From: an uncultured Pelagibacteraceae bacterium
Lineage (GTDB): Bacteria > Pseudomonadota > Alphaproteobacteria > Pelagibacterales > Pelagibacteraceae
Direction: 5' to 3'
Length of the DNA: 64,000 nt
Assembly: GCA_902522525.1 (NCBI GenBank)
Contig: CABYVU010000001.1
Coordinates: 76,376 to 140,375 of the forward strand
The translations under genes were made by a program, and so were the position numbers. The notes under the pieces were generated by a model. The model was not told the origin of the DNA and did no database searches. It was given only the letters and a program-made list of their open reading frames with translations. Shown here in pieces: positions 39,659 to 49,157 of this stretch (positions are counted from its first letter, which is position 1; each line of letters begins with the position of its first letter).

Positions 39659-42433
39659 TCAATGAAGTTCGCCCCAATTTTCTCCAATATTCACATCGAC
39701 CAAAAGAGGTATTGAAAATGAGTGAAGTTCACTATCTTTCACACTCAACATTAAATCCTTAATTAATTTTGTACTTTTTTTCGTTTCTTTTGAGATTTCT
39801 TCAAAAATTAATTCATCATGAATTTGTAACAACATTTTTAGACTATTATTTTTATTATTAGAGATTTCTTTATTTATCCTGATCATTGCTAATCTCATTA
39901 TTTCTGATGCTGACCCCTGAATTGGAGCATTTATCGCTGCCCTCTCTTGAAAATTTCTTACATTAAAATTCTTGTCGTTAATTCCAGTGAGATGAGTTTT
40001 TCTTCCAAATATATTACTTACATAACCACTTTTTCTACAAAAATTCACAGTAGTTTTCATATAATCTTTAATTTCTGGAAATTTTTTAAAATAAGAATTT
40101 AAAAATTCTTCTGCTTCATTGTTAGAAACATTGATTTGTTTCGCTAAACCATACTGTGAAATACCATAAATTATTCCAAAGTTGATTGCTTTTGCTTTTC
40201 TTCTTGTTTCTGAGTCAATTTTATTAATTTCTTTTCCAAAAACCTGACTAGCTGTCAAAGTATGAATATCCTCATTATTTAAAAAAGCCTTTTTTAACTG
40301 TTTTACATCTGCTAGATCAGCCAAGATTCTCATCTCAACTTGATTGTAGTCTGCAGAAATCAATTTGTGATTTTTTTCAGAAACAAAAGCTTTTCTTATA
40401 TCCTTACCATCATCTGTTTTTATTGGAATATTTTGTAAATTTGGATCACTAGATGCAAGTCTACCTGTTGTAGTAGCTGCTAACAAAAAAGATGTATGTA
40501 CTCTTTTAGTATTTTGATTTATATGCTCTGGTAATGCGTCTGAGTAAGTATTTTTAAGTTTACTAATTTGCCTCCATTCCAAGATAAGTTTTGGAAATTC
40601 ATAACCTTTAAAAGCTAGGTCCTCTAAAACTGAAGCACTAGTTGCAAAACTTCCCTTCTTTGTTTTTTTTAAAGCTGCTATTTTTAAATCATTATACATT
40701 ATCTCACCAAGTTGCTTGGTTGATGCTATATTAAATGTTTTCTTTGAAATTTTAAAAATAGATTTTTCTAATTTTTCGATTTTCGTTGAAAATTTTGAAG
40801 ACAGTTTGTTGAGCGAAGATTTATCAAGTTTAATACCTTTTATCTCCATCTCTGCTAGTATTTTAATTAATGGTTTTTCAAATAACTCATAAATATTCAA
40901 TAATTTTTCTGCTTTTAATGATTTTAAAAAAATTTTGTACAATCTAAATGTAATATCTGCATCTTCAGCCGCATAATCTTTAGCTTCAGATACATTAACT
41001 TCAGAAAAATTAAGTTGTTTTTTCCCTGTCCCAACTAAATCTTTAAATTTAATAGTTTCATGACCTAGATGGATCTCTGAAAGCGTATCCATATTATGCC
41101 TATTTTTGCCAGCATCTAGTGTGTAAGACATAAGCATAGTATCTTCCATAGAATTTAGAGTTATTCCACGGTTATAAAAAACAATAAAATCAAATTTAAT
41201 ATTTTGTCCTATTTTTTTAATACTCTCATCCTCTAAATAATTCTTAAGAATGCTTAAGACTTTTTTTTCGTTAAGATTATTTCCACTAATGTGATTTAAT
41301 GGAATATAACACGCATTTCCAATTCTGTTAGAAATTGATATACCTACTAAGTTTGCTGTGTGAGGGTCTAATGAGGTTGTTTCAGTATCTATTGCAAATT
41401 CACCTATTTCCTCCGACTGTTTCATCCAATCTTCAATTTCTTTCTCATTTTTAATTAATTGATAATTTTTTTTCTTAATTTCTGTTATTTTTTCTGAATT
41501 TTCATTAATATTTTTAGTTCCAGGATTATTTGTACCTCCATACTTTGAGATGGCAGAACTCAACAGCCTATTAAATTCCATTTCTCTAAGAAAAGTATAA
41601 AGCTTGTCATGATCAACACTTTTCAATATGAACTCTTCAATTTTATTTTTTACAGGCACATCTTTTTTTAATGTAACTAGTTTTTTACTTATAATTGCAT
41701 CGTCCTTGTTATTTATTAAAGTTTCTCTTCTTTTATTTTGTTTTATATTTGATGCATTTCTTAATAAATTTTCTAAAGTCCCATATTGATTTATCAATTC
41801 GGCCGCAGTTTTAACTCCTATGCCAGGTACACCTGGCACGTTATCTGTGCTATCACCAGCTAAGGATTGGACATCTATTACTTTTTCAGGACTGACTCCA
41901 AATTTATTATATACATCTTCTTGATTTATAAATTTATTCTTCATTGGATCATAAATTCTTACTCCTTTTTTATAAAGCTGCATTAAATCTTTGTCGGAAG
42001 AAACAATTGTTACTTTTGCACCTAAGTCTAAAATTTTCTCTACATAAGTTGCAATTAAATCATCTGCCTCATAATTGATTAACTCAATTGAAGGTAAATT
42101 AAATGCTCTTACAGATTTCCTGATATATTCAAATTGAGGAATTAGATCGTCAGGTGCATCAGTTCTATTTCCTTTATACTCTGAATATATTTCATTTCTA
42201 AAATTTTTTCTTGCTGAATCAAATATTACAGCAAAGTGAGTCGGTTTTTCTAAATTATCATTTGATTTAGAATCCTCTAATAATTTAAAAAGCATATTAC
42301 AAAAACCGCTAACAGCACCTACTGGTAATCCATCACTTTTTCTAGTTAAAGGAGGAAGGGCATAATATGCTCTAAAAATGTATCCCGAACCATCTATTAA
42401 GTAAAAATGGTCACTTTTTTTAATTTTCTCCAT
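39659..42433 (-). CDS. polA: DNA polymerase I
   Basis: LIDGSGYIFRAYYA, EADD, DTET, TGRLASSDPNLQNIP, KAINFGIIYG and QIHDEL. Confidence 0.98.
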   Translation of the reverse strand: MEKIKKSDHFYLIDGSGYIFRAYYALPPLTRKSDGLPVGAVSGFCNMLFKLLEDSKSNDNLEKPTHFAVIFDSARKNFRNEIYSEYKGNRTDAPDDLIPQFEYIRKSVRAFNLPSIELINYEADDLIATYVEKILDLGAKVTIVSSDKDLMQLYKKGVRIYDPMKNKFINQEDVYNKFGVSPEKVIDVQSLAGDSTDNVPGVPGIGVKTAAELINQYGTLENLLRNASNIKQNKRRETLINNKDDAIISKKLVTLKKDVPVKNKIEEFILKSVDHDKLYTFLREMEFNRLLSSAISKYGGTNNPGTKNINENSEKITEIKKKNYQLIKNEKEIEDWMKQSEEIGEFAIDTETTSLDPHTANLVGISISNRIGNACYIPLNHISGNNLNEKKVLSILKNYLEDESIKKIGQNIKFDFIVFYNRGITLNSMEDTMLMSYTLDAGKNRHNMDTLSEIHLGHETIKFKDLVGTGKKQLNFSEVNVSEAKDYAAEDADITFRLYKIFLKSLKAEKLLNIYELFEKPLIKILAEMEIKGIKLDKSSLNKLSSKFSTKIEKLEKSIFKISKKTFNIASTKQLGEIMYNDLKIAALKKTKKGSFATSASVLEDLAFKGYEFPKLILEWRQISKLKNTYSDALPEHINQNTKRVHTSFLLAATTTGRLASSDPNLQNIPIKTDDGKDIRKAFVSEKNHKLISADYNQVEMRILADLADVKQLKKAFLNNEDIHTLTASQVFGKEINKIDSETRRKAKAINFGIIYGISQYGLAKQINVSNNEAEEFLNSYFKKFPEIKDYMKTTVNFCRKSGYVSNIFGRKTHLTGINDKNFNVRNFQERAAINAPIQGSASEIMRLAMIRINKEISNNKNNSLKMLLQIHDELIFEEISKETKKSTKLIKDLMLSVKDSELHSFSIPLLVDVNIGENWGELH

Positions 42434-42483
42434 AATGTAATGATATCTTAATTTTTATAAATGTAATAAATGTATGCCCTCAT

Positions 42484-43413
42484 ATGAATAAAAAAAACGT
42501 ATTAACTGTTAAAAACTTGAATAAAGTTTATTCAAAAAACGGTTCTAAACAAACTCATGCGCTTAATAATTTAAACTTAGAAGTGAAAGAAGGTGAAATT
42601 TTTGGACTATTAGGACCAAATGGTGCCGGAAAGAGTACATTTATAAACATATTAGGTGGATCAGTTGTAAAAACTGGTGGTGAAGTAAATGTTTGGGGGT
42701 TTAACTTAGATAAAAATCCTAGACAAGTTAGAGCCTCTATTGGCATTGTTCCGCAAGAGGTAAACTTTGATCCATTTTTTAGTCCTAGAAAACTCCTAGA
42801 GCTTCAAGCAGGACTATATGGAATCAAAGAAAAAGATAGAATTACAAATACTATACTGAAGTTGGTATCATTAGAAGATCAAGCTGACAGTTATGCTAGA
42901 GCCCTATCTGGTGGTATGAAGAGAAGATTACTTGTAGCAAAAGCGATGGTGCATCAACCTCCAATTATAATTTTAGACGAGCCCACCGCAGGAGTTGATG
43001 TGGAGCTTAGAAATACATTATGGGAAAATGTGAAATCTTTGAACAAACAAGGGGTAACAACAATACTAACAACCCATTACCTTGAGGAAGCAGAAAAAAT
43101 GTGTGATAGGATTGGTATTCTAAATGGAGGAAAATTAGTTGCTTTAGATACAACTAAAAATCTCTTAAAAAGAATTCAAACAAAAATTGTGTATGTCAGC
43201 ACAGATAAAAAAGCCGATATTCAAGATAATACTTTTGATTCTTTAAAAGTTATATCAAATAACGAAAACAAGTTAGTTTTATCATATGAGAAGAGTAAAC
43301 TAAGCATAGACTCAATAATTTCAGAGATAAAAAAACAAGATATAAAAATACAAGATATTTCAACTGATGACGGAGATCTTGAAGATGTATTTTTAAGACT
43401 TACAAAAAATTAA
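42484..43413 (+). CDS. ABC-2 type transporter ATP-binding protein
   Basis: GPNGAGKST, LSGGMKRR, LDEPTAGVD and TTHY. Confidence 0.92.
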   Translation: MNKKNVLTVKNLNKVYSKNGSKQTHALNNLNLEVKEGEIFGLLGPNGAGKSTFINILGGSVVKTGGEVNVWGFNLDKNPRQVRASIGIVPQEVNFDPFFSPRKLLELQAGLYGIKEKDRITNTILKLVSLEDQADSYARALSGGMKRRLLVAKAMVHQPPIIILDEPTAGVDVELRNTLWENVKSLNKQGVTTILTTHYLEEAEKMCDRIGILNGGKLVALDTTKNLLKRIQTKIVYVSTDKKADIQDNTFDSLKVISNNENKLVLSYEKSKLSIDSIISEIKKQDIKIQDISTDDGDLEDVFLRLTKN

Positions 43414-43414
43414 A

Positions 43415-43978
43415 TTATCTTGGAGATCTTTTAGAAAGTATTCTCTGAAGAGTTCTTCTATGCATTTTTAGTCTTCTTGCAGTTTCAGAGACATTTCTGT
43501 TACATAACTCAAAAACTCTATGTATGTGCTCCCATTTTACTCTATCGGCTGACATTGGATTTTCAGGTGGGGCTGGTTTTTGATTTGGATCAGCTAAAAG
43601 TGCTTTTTCAACATCATCTGCGTCTGCAGGCTTTGCAATATAATCAATTGCTCCCTCTTTTATCGCAGCAACTGCTGTTGGAATATTACCATATCCCGTT
43701 AACATAATGATTCTGCTCTTAATGTTACCCTTTTGAATTTCTTTAACTACCTCTAATCCATTACCATCATTTAATCTAAGATCCACAACAGCAAATGCTG
43801 GACTTTGTGATTTTACGGTCTCAATACCAATTTTTACACTCTCAGCTTGTGTAACTGTAAAACCTTTTTTTTCCATAGCTCTAGCCAATCTTTGTCTAAA
43901 TGGATTGTCATCGTCTACTATTAAAAGCGATTTATCATCAAAATCACTTAATTTTTGGAGTGGTGGTTGGTTAATCAT
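43415..43978 (-). CDS. regA: Redox response regulator RegA/PrrA/ActR
   Basis: VVDLRL, LTGYGNIPTAVAA, PPENPMSADRVKWEHI and RRTLQRILSKRSPR. Confidence 0.96.
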   Translation of the reverse strand: MINQPPLQKLSDFDDKSLLIVDDDNPFRQRLARAMEKKGFTVTQAESVKIGIETVKSQSPAFAVVDLRLNDGNGLEVVKEIQKGNIKSRIIMLTGYGNIPTAVAAIKEGAIDYIAKPADADDVEKALLADPNQKPAPPENPMSADRVKWEHIHRVFELCNRNVSETARRLKMHRRTLQRILSKRSPR

Positions 43979-43985
43979 AGCTCTT

Positions 43986-44012
43986 ATATGGAAGTAAATT
44001 TTAATATTTCAA
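43986..44012 (-). promoter_or_regulatory. RpoH-type promoter of regA (probably leaderless mRNA)
   Basis: Minus strand TTGAAA-N15-CCATAT then 7 nt to ATG; same layout as the ibpA promoter. Confidence 0.5.
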
Positions 44013-44046
44013 TAGCATTATTTACTTTACATTATTAATTATTTCC

Positions 44047-44128
44047 CATAAATGCTGCATTTATGAAACTTGCATACGAGATATGCAGGTTTTTTTTGTA
44101 AATTTTTTTTAGAGGTGCAGTTATGCAA
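44047..44128 (+). promoter_or_regulatory. Structured leader (palindrome, terminator-like hairpin, anti-SD) of the polyamine operon
   Basis: Palindrome 44047-44065; hairpin 44066-44092 + U tract; 44054-44062 complementary to SD region 44113-44121. Confidence 0.55.
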
Positions 44129-45301
44129 AAATTTAAGTCAGTTGAAGAATTAGTTAATCAACTGAGACCAACAGGACCTGTTTATTGTATTAGAAAAGTG
44201 TCAATCAAATTGGCTTCTAAGTACTTTCAAAAAAATTTCCCTGGAAAAATACTTTATGCGTTAAAAACCAACCCTCATCCAGTAGTTCTTAAAACTATTT
44301 TTGAAAGCGGGATTAATCGTTTTGATGTGGCATCTATCAAAGAAATAGAGGCTATTAGAAAAATAAGTCCAAATGCAAATTGTTCTTATATGCATACAGT
44401 TAAAAGTAGAGAAAGCATTGAGGAGGCATATTTCAAATATAATGTTAAGGCCTTTTCTTTGGATACTAAAGATGAATTAATAAAAATTTTAGAAAGTACA
44501 AATTACGCTAAAGACTTAGAGTTATTTGTTAGAGTGTCTGTATCTAATGAACATGCAGAAATTGATTTATCAAAAAAATTTGGCGCAATTAATACTGAAG
44601 CAACTGGATTACTTAGATTAACAAAACAATATTCTAAAAAAATTGGACTTAGTTTTCATGTTGGTTCACAATGTATGCACCCAATATCTTATTCAAAAGG
44701 AATATTTGAAATAGGTAATATAATTAAAAAAACTAAAATTATTCCAGATGTAATTAACGTTGGAGGAGGCTTTCCAACTATTTACCCTGATCTTATTCCT
44801 CAGTCTTTAGAAAGTTATTTTGATGAAATTAAAAAAGGTTTAAATAATTTAAAATTAGATAAGCTTCCAGAAATTATATGCGAACCTGGAAGAGCGATTG
44901 TTGCAGAAAGTGGCTCTACAATTGTAAGAGTTGATTTAAGAAAAAAACAGAAACTTTATATAAACGATGGTACGTATGGAACTTTGTTTGATGCAGGTGT
45001 TCCTAACATAGTTTACCCATCTAAAATGATAACTGATGGAAGAATAATCTCCAAGAAATTAACATCATTTGATTTCTATGGTCCAACATGTGATAGTATG
45101 GATTATATGAAAGGTCCTTTTATTTTACCCAATAACATTAAAGAAAAAGACTATATTGAATTAGGACAGCTTGGTGCGTATGGATTAACTTTTAGAACTA
45201 ATTTTAATGGATTTTACTCAGATGATATTTACGAAGTTGAGGATAATCCAATCATGACGATGTATGACAAAGAAGCAAATAAAAAGTTTCTTGTTGCTTA
45301 A
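44123..45301 (+). CDS. Alanine-racemase-fold ornithine/lysine/arginine decarboxylase
   Basis: YALKTNP (PLP Lys), FDVAS, KKFG, FHVGSQ, NVGGGF, EPGR, GPTCDSMD and GAY...FNGF. Confidence 0.92.
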   Translation: MQKFKSVEELVNQLRPTGPVYCIRKVSIKLASKYFQKNFPGKILYALKTNPHPVVLKTIFESGINRFDVASIKEIEAIRKISPNANCSYMHTVKSRESIEEAYFKYNVKAFSLDTKDELIKILESTNYAKDLELFVRVSVSNEHAEIDLSKKFGAINTEATGLLRLTKQYSKKIGLSFHVGSQCMHPISYSKGIFEIGNIIKKTKIIPDVINVGGGFPTIYPDLIPQSLESYFDEIKKGLNNLKLDKLPEIICEPGRAIVAESGSTIVRVDLRKKQKLYINDGTYGTLFDAGVPNIVYPSKMITDGRIISKKLTSFDFYGPTCDSMDYMKGPFILPNNIKEKDYIELGQLGAYGLTFRTNFNGFYSDDIYEVEDNPIMTMYDKEANKKFLVA

Positions 45302-46341
45302 TGTCAGATAATAAAAACCAATCAAGTAATAGAAAAAGTGATTTACTTAGTAAAGAAGTAGAGCATATTGATATAACTTCTTTTGACGCTAGAAAAATCA
45401 TCTCTTCAATGGCAAAAATGTCTTTCGTTTCAAGAGAGACTGCAAATGCAGCAAACATTTATAATGAAATGATAAAAGATAAAGATTGCACAATCTTTTT
45501 AACACTTGCAGGATCGACTTCTGCTGCTGGATGTATGCATATTTATAGAGATTTAGTTAAATATAATATGGTTGATGCAATAGTAGCTACTGGGGCTTCA
45601 ATTATTGATATGGATTTCTTTGAGGCACTTGGTTTTAAGCATTATCAGGGATCACAGTATCAAGATGATACAGAGTTAAGAAATAACTACGTTGATAGAA
45701 TATATGATACTTACATTGATGAGGAAGAGCTTCAGATGTGCGATAAAACCATCGGGGAAATTGCAGATCGATTGGAGCCTAAAAGTTATACATCAAGAGA
45801 ATTTATAAAAGAGATTGGTAAATATCTTAAAACTAATGCAAAAAAGAAAGGCTCATTAATAGAGGTTGCCTATGACAACAATGTTCCAATTTTCTGTCCA
45901 GCATTTACTGATTCAAGTGCTGGATTTGGACTTGTAATGCACCAAGAAAGAAACCCAAAAAATCATATTACAATTGATTCAATAAGAGAGTTTAGAGAAT
46001 TAACTGAAATTAAAATTAAATCCAAAGGTTCAGGGCTTTTTATGATTGGAGGAGGTGTACCAAAAAATTTTATTCAAGACACTGTCATATGTGCTGAACT
46101 TTTAGGTAAAAATGTAGATATGCATAAATATGCTATTCAAATAACAGTTGCTGATTCTAGAGATGGAGCATGCAGTAGCTCAACATTAAAAGAGGCAAGC
46201 TCATGGGGTAAAGTAGACATAGCCAAAGAGCAAATGGTTTTTGCAGAGGCTACAAGTGTATTACCCTTAATAGCAAGTGACGCCTATCATAAAGGTGAAT
46301 GGAAAAATAGAGAGAGAAAAAATTTTTCCAAGATATTTTGA
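45301..46341 (+). CDS. Deoxyhypusine synthase-like protein (SpeY/homospermidine-pathway type)
   Basis: TLAGS, DRIYDT, FCPAFTDSS, GGGVPKNF and DGACSSSTLKEASSWGK. Confidence 0.88.
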   Translation: MSDNKNQSSNRKSDLLSKEVEHIDITSFDARKIISSMAKMSFVSRETANAANIYNEMIKDKDCTIFLTLAGSTSAAGCMHIYRDLVKYNMVDAIVATGASIIDMDFFEALGFKHYQGSQYQDDTELRNNYVDRIYDTYIDEEELQMCDKTIGEIADRLEPKSYTSREFIKEIGKYLKTNAKKKGSLIEVAYDNNVPIFCPAFTDSSAGFGLVMHQERNPKNHITIDSIREFRELTEIKIKSKGSGLFMIGGGVPKNFIQDTVICAELLGKNVDMHKYAIQITVADSRDGACSSSTLKEASSWGKVDIAKEQMVFAEATSVLPLIASDAYHKGEWKNRERKNFSKIF

Positions 46342-46344
46342 TTA

Positions 46345-47226
46345 ATGATCAAAAAAATCAAAATTGGTTTAATACAAAGTAAATCTTTAGGCACAATTCA
46401 ATCTAATATTAATTTAGCTATAAAAAATATTAAAAAAGCTGCAAAAAAAAAGGCAAAGATAATATGTCTTCCAGAGCTGTTTTTGTCTAATTATTTTTGC
46501 CAAACAGAAAGTCATTCAAACTTTAAATTGGCAGAAAAAATTCCAGGAACAACCTCTAGAATATTTTGTGATTTAGCAAAGGAGCTTGGTGTTGTATTAA
46601 ATATAACGATGTTTGAAAAAAAAACTTCTGGGTTTTATCATAACACTAGCATTATTATTAATGAAAATGGAAACATTTTGTCTAAATATCGTAAGATGCA
46701 TATACCTGATGACCCAGGCTATTATGAAAAATTTTATTTCAGTCCTGGGGATCTTGGATTTAAAAGTGTTAAGACAAAATTTGGAAAGATAGGCCCTCTT
46801 ATATGTTGGGATCAATGGTTCCCAGAAGCGGCTAGGTTAACAGCTTTAAAAGGAGCTCAAATTATTTTTTATCCTACTGCTATTGGATGGCATCCAAAAG
46901 AAAAAAGAAAGTTTGGAAAATCTCAATTAGATTCTTGGATCACAATGCAAAAATCTCATGCTATTGCTAATGGAACTTATGTGGCTGCTATAAATAGAGT
47001 TGGGATAGAAACAAAAGGTATGAAAAAAATTGAATTTTGGGGTAATTCAATGGTGATAGATCCGAGCGGGAAAGTAATTGCAAAAGCAGGAAATAAAAAA
47101 GAGGATATATTAGTTTGTGAAATAGATTATCAAAAAATAGATACTGCTAGACAGCACTGGCCTTTTTTAAGAGACAGAAGAACTGAATTTTACAAAGATA
47201 TTCTCAAAAATCCTGAAGATGAATAA
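46345..47226 (+). CDS. aguB: N-carbamoylputrescine amidase-like carbon-nitrogen hydrolase
   Basis: LPELF..YFCQ, YRKMHIPDDPGYYEKFYF, ICWDQWFPE and YPTAIG. Confidence 0.9.
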   Translation: MIKKIKIGLIQSKSLGTIQSNINLAIKNIKKAAKKKAKIICLPELFLSNYFCQTESHSNFKLAEKIPGTTSRIFCDLAKELGVVLNITMFEKKTSGFYHNTSIIINENGNILSKYRKMHIPDDPGYYEKFYFSPGDLGFKSVKTKFGKIGPLICWDQWFPEAARLTALKGAQIIFYPTAIGWHPKEKRKFGKSQLDSWITMQKSHAIANGTYVAAINRVGIETKGMKKIEFWGNSMVIDPSGKVIAKAGNKKEDILVCEIDYQKIDTARQHWPFLRDRRTEFYKDILKNPEDE

Positions 47227-48283
47227 AAAAATAAATGAATTTAGAATGCCAGCAGAATGGGAGCCTCAAAAATCAGTTTGGATGGCTTGGCCTCATAATA
47301 AAAACGACTGGCCTGGATTATTTGAAAAGATTCCAAATGTAGTTGGAAAAATAATCAAATATTTAACAAAACATCAAAGAATAGATTTATTAGTCAATAA
47401 TAATAAAAGTATTGATACCACAAAAAAATATTTAAAAAAAATAGGTTGTAATATATCTAACATTAAATTTCATAAACTTAATACAGACAGACTTTGGTTA
47501 AGAGACTCTGGACCAATATTTTTGGTTAACAAAAAAAAAAGAAAAAAGATTATGCTTGATTTTAAATTTAATGCCTGGTCAAAATATAAAAATTTCAGAA
47601 AAGATAACAAAATCAATAACCATATTAGTACTTACTTAAATATTGAGAGTATTTTACCAAAAAAAGTGAATACGAAGAAATTTAAAAGAGTAGTAATGGA
47701 AGGAGGTGCATTTGATAATAATGGATCGGGCTCCATATTGCTAACAAGAGAGTGCTTATTAAGTAGTAAACAAGAGAGAAATAAAGGCTTCAAAAAAATA
47801 GACTACGAAAATCTGTTTTCAAAATATTTGAATGCGAAAAATTTTATTTGGCTTAATAAGGGAATTGTTGGAGATGACACGCATGGTCATATCGATGATA
47901 TTGCAAGATTTGTTTCAAAAAGTACAATTATGATTGCTGAAGAAAAGAATAGATCAGATAAAAATTACAAGTCTCTTAGAGAAAATTTAAAAATATTAAG
48001 TAAAAGTTCTGATGAAAACGGAAAAAAATTTAAAATTATAAAGATCCCTATGCCAAGCCCAGTTATAATTGACAAAACTCGTGTTCCAGCGAGTTACTTA
48101 AATTTTTTCATAAGCAATAAAATAGTCTTGGTTCCAGTATTTAATGTAAAAGAGGACAAAAAAGTTATAAAAATTTTTAGAAAATTTTTTATAAACAGAA
48201 AAGTTATTGGAATTGATTGTAGTGATTTAATTTGGGGCTTTGGAGCCATTCATTGCATGACACAACAAGAGCCAAAAATTTGA
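47219..48283 (+). CDS. aguA: Agmatine deiminase family protein
   Basis: RMPAEWE, WLRDSGP, FNAW, EGG, DDTHGHID, SYLNF and GAIHCMTQQEP. Confidence 0.93.
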   Translation: MNKKINEFRMPAEWEPQKSVWMAWPHNKNDWPGLFEKIPNVVGKIIKYLTKHQRIDLLVNNNKSIDTTKKYLKKIGCNISNIKFHKLNTDRLWLRDSGPIFLVNKKKRKKIMLDFKFNAWSKYKNFRKDNKINNHISTYLNIESILPKKVNTKKFKRVVMEGGAFDNNGSGSILLTRECLLSSKQERNKGFKKIDYENLFSKYLNAKNFIWLNKGIVGDDTHGHIDDIARFVSKSTIMIAEEKNRSDKNYKSLRENLKILSKSSDENGKKFKIIKIPMPSPVIIDKTRVPASYLNFFISNKIVLVPVFNVKEDKKVIKIFRKFFINRKVIGIDCSDLIWGFGAIHCMTQQEPKI

Positions 48284-48284
48284 A

Positions 48285-48833
48285 CTAAGCAGCTTTTAAA
48301 GTGCCTAATAATAATCTAAAAGGTATCAACATTACTAAAGCTACAAAAATCTTTACTGCTAAATCTCCTAAAGAAAGTGTCACCCAAGGTATTCCTGTTC
48401 CATAAAATGAAATTGAAAAGAATAAAAATGTATCAACGGTAGAACCAACTAATGAAGAAACAAGTGGTGCAATAAACCATTTTTTTTGTCTTAATTGATC
48501 AAATATTTGTACATCCAGTAATTGAGCGATAATGAATGCTGTCCCTGAACCAATTGCTATTCTTACTGAAATTAAATCTGCAAAATTTGTTGAGAAAATT
48601 AGTGTAAACAAAATACCTATTGTAAATCCTATATATACAATTTTTCTAGCAACTGATTTACCAAAAGATCTATTCGCTAGATCAGTTATTAAAAAAGCTA
48701 CTGGATAACTGAATGCTCCGTATGTAAGAATTTCTTGAAGACCATAATATTGAATTGGAAATTGAACTAAATAATTGGATGCTAAGACAACCAATCCCAT
48801 CAAAAATGAGAGTGTTAGGAATACTCGATTCAT
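48285..48833 (-). CDS. Queuosine precursor transporter (VUT/YhhQ family)
   Basis: SNYLVQ, YPVAFLITD, RIAIGS..AF..AQLLD and VDTFLFF. Confidence 0.85.
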   Translation of the reverse strand: MNRVFLTLSFLMGLVVLASNYLVQFPIQYYGLQEILTYGAFSYPVAFLITDLANRSFGKSVARKIVYIGFTIGILFTLIFSTNFADLISVRIAIGSGTAFIIAQLLDVQIFDQLRQKKWFIAPLVSSLVGSTVDTFLFFSISFYGTGIPWVTLSLGDLAVKIFVALVMLIPFRLLLGTLKAA

Positions 48834-49114
48834 TAAGCTGATTTACTAACTAAGGATTTTTTTAATTTTTTTAGTCTTAATGATAAATCTCTAGACTTAG
48901 CTGATATTAGAAATTGGTCAAAACTGCCTTTTTTATCTACTGATCTAACACCAGCATTTGAGACGGTTAATCTTAAACTTCTCTTAAGCAGATCACTTTT
49001 AAACTTAACTTTTTTAAGATTTGGAAGAAATCTTCTTTTAGTCTTATTGTTAGCATGACTAACGTTATGACCCTTGAGTGGGATTTTTCCGGTAAGTTCG
49101 CATTTTTTAGACAT
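48833..49114 (-). CDS. rpmB: 50S ribosomal protein L28
   Basis: MSKKCELTGK..GHNVSHANNKTKRRFLPNL. Confidence 0.98.
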   Translation of the reverse strand: MSKKCELTGKIPLKGHNVSHANNKTKRRFLPNLKKVKFKSDLLKRSLRLTVSNAGVRSVDKKGSFDQFLISAKSRDLSLRLKKLKKSLVSKSA

Positions 49115-49126
49115 AAATTACCAGCT

Positions 49127-49155
49127 TGTATAGGATCTGAATCTTATCGCGTCAA
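49127..49155 (-). promoter_or_regulatory. sigma70 promoter of rpmB
   Basis: TTGACG-N17-TATACA, 12 nt before the ATG, no SD. Confidence 0.65.
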
Positions 49156-49157
49156 GA

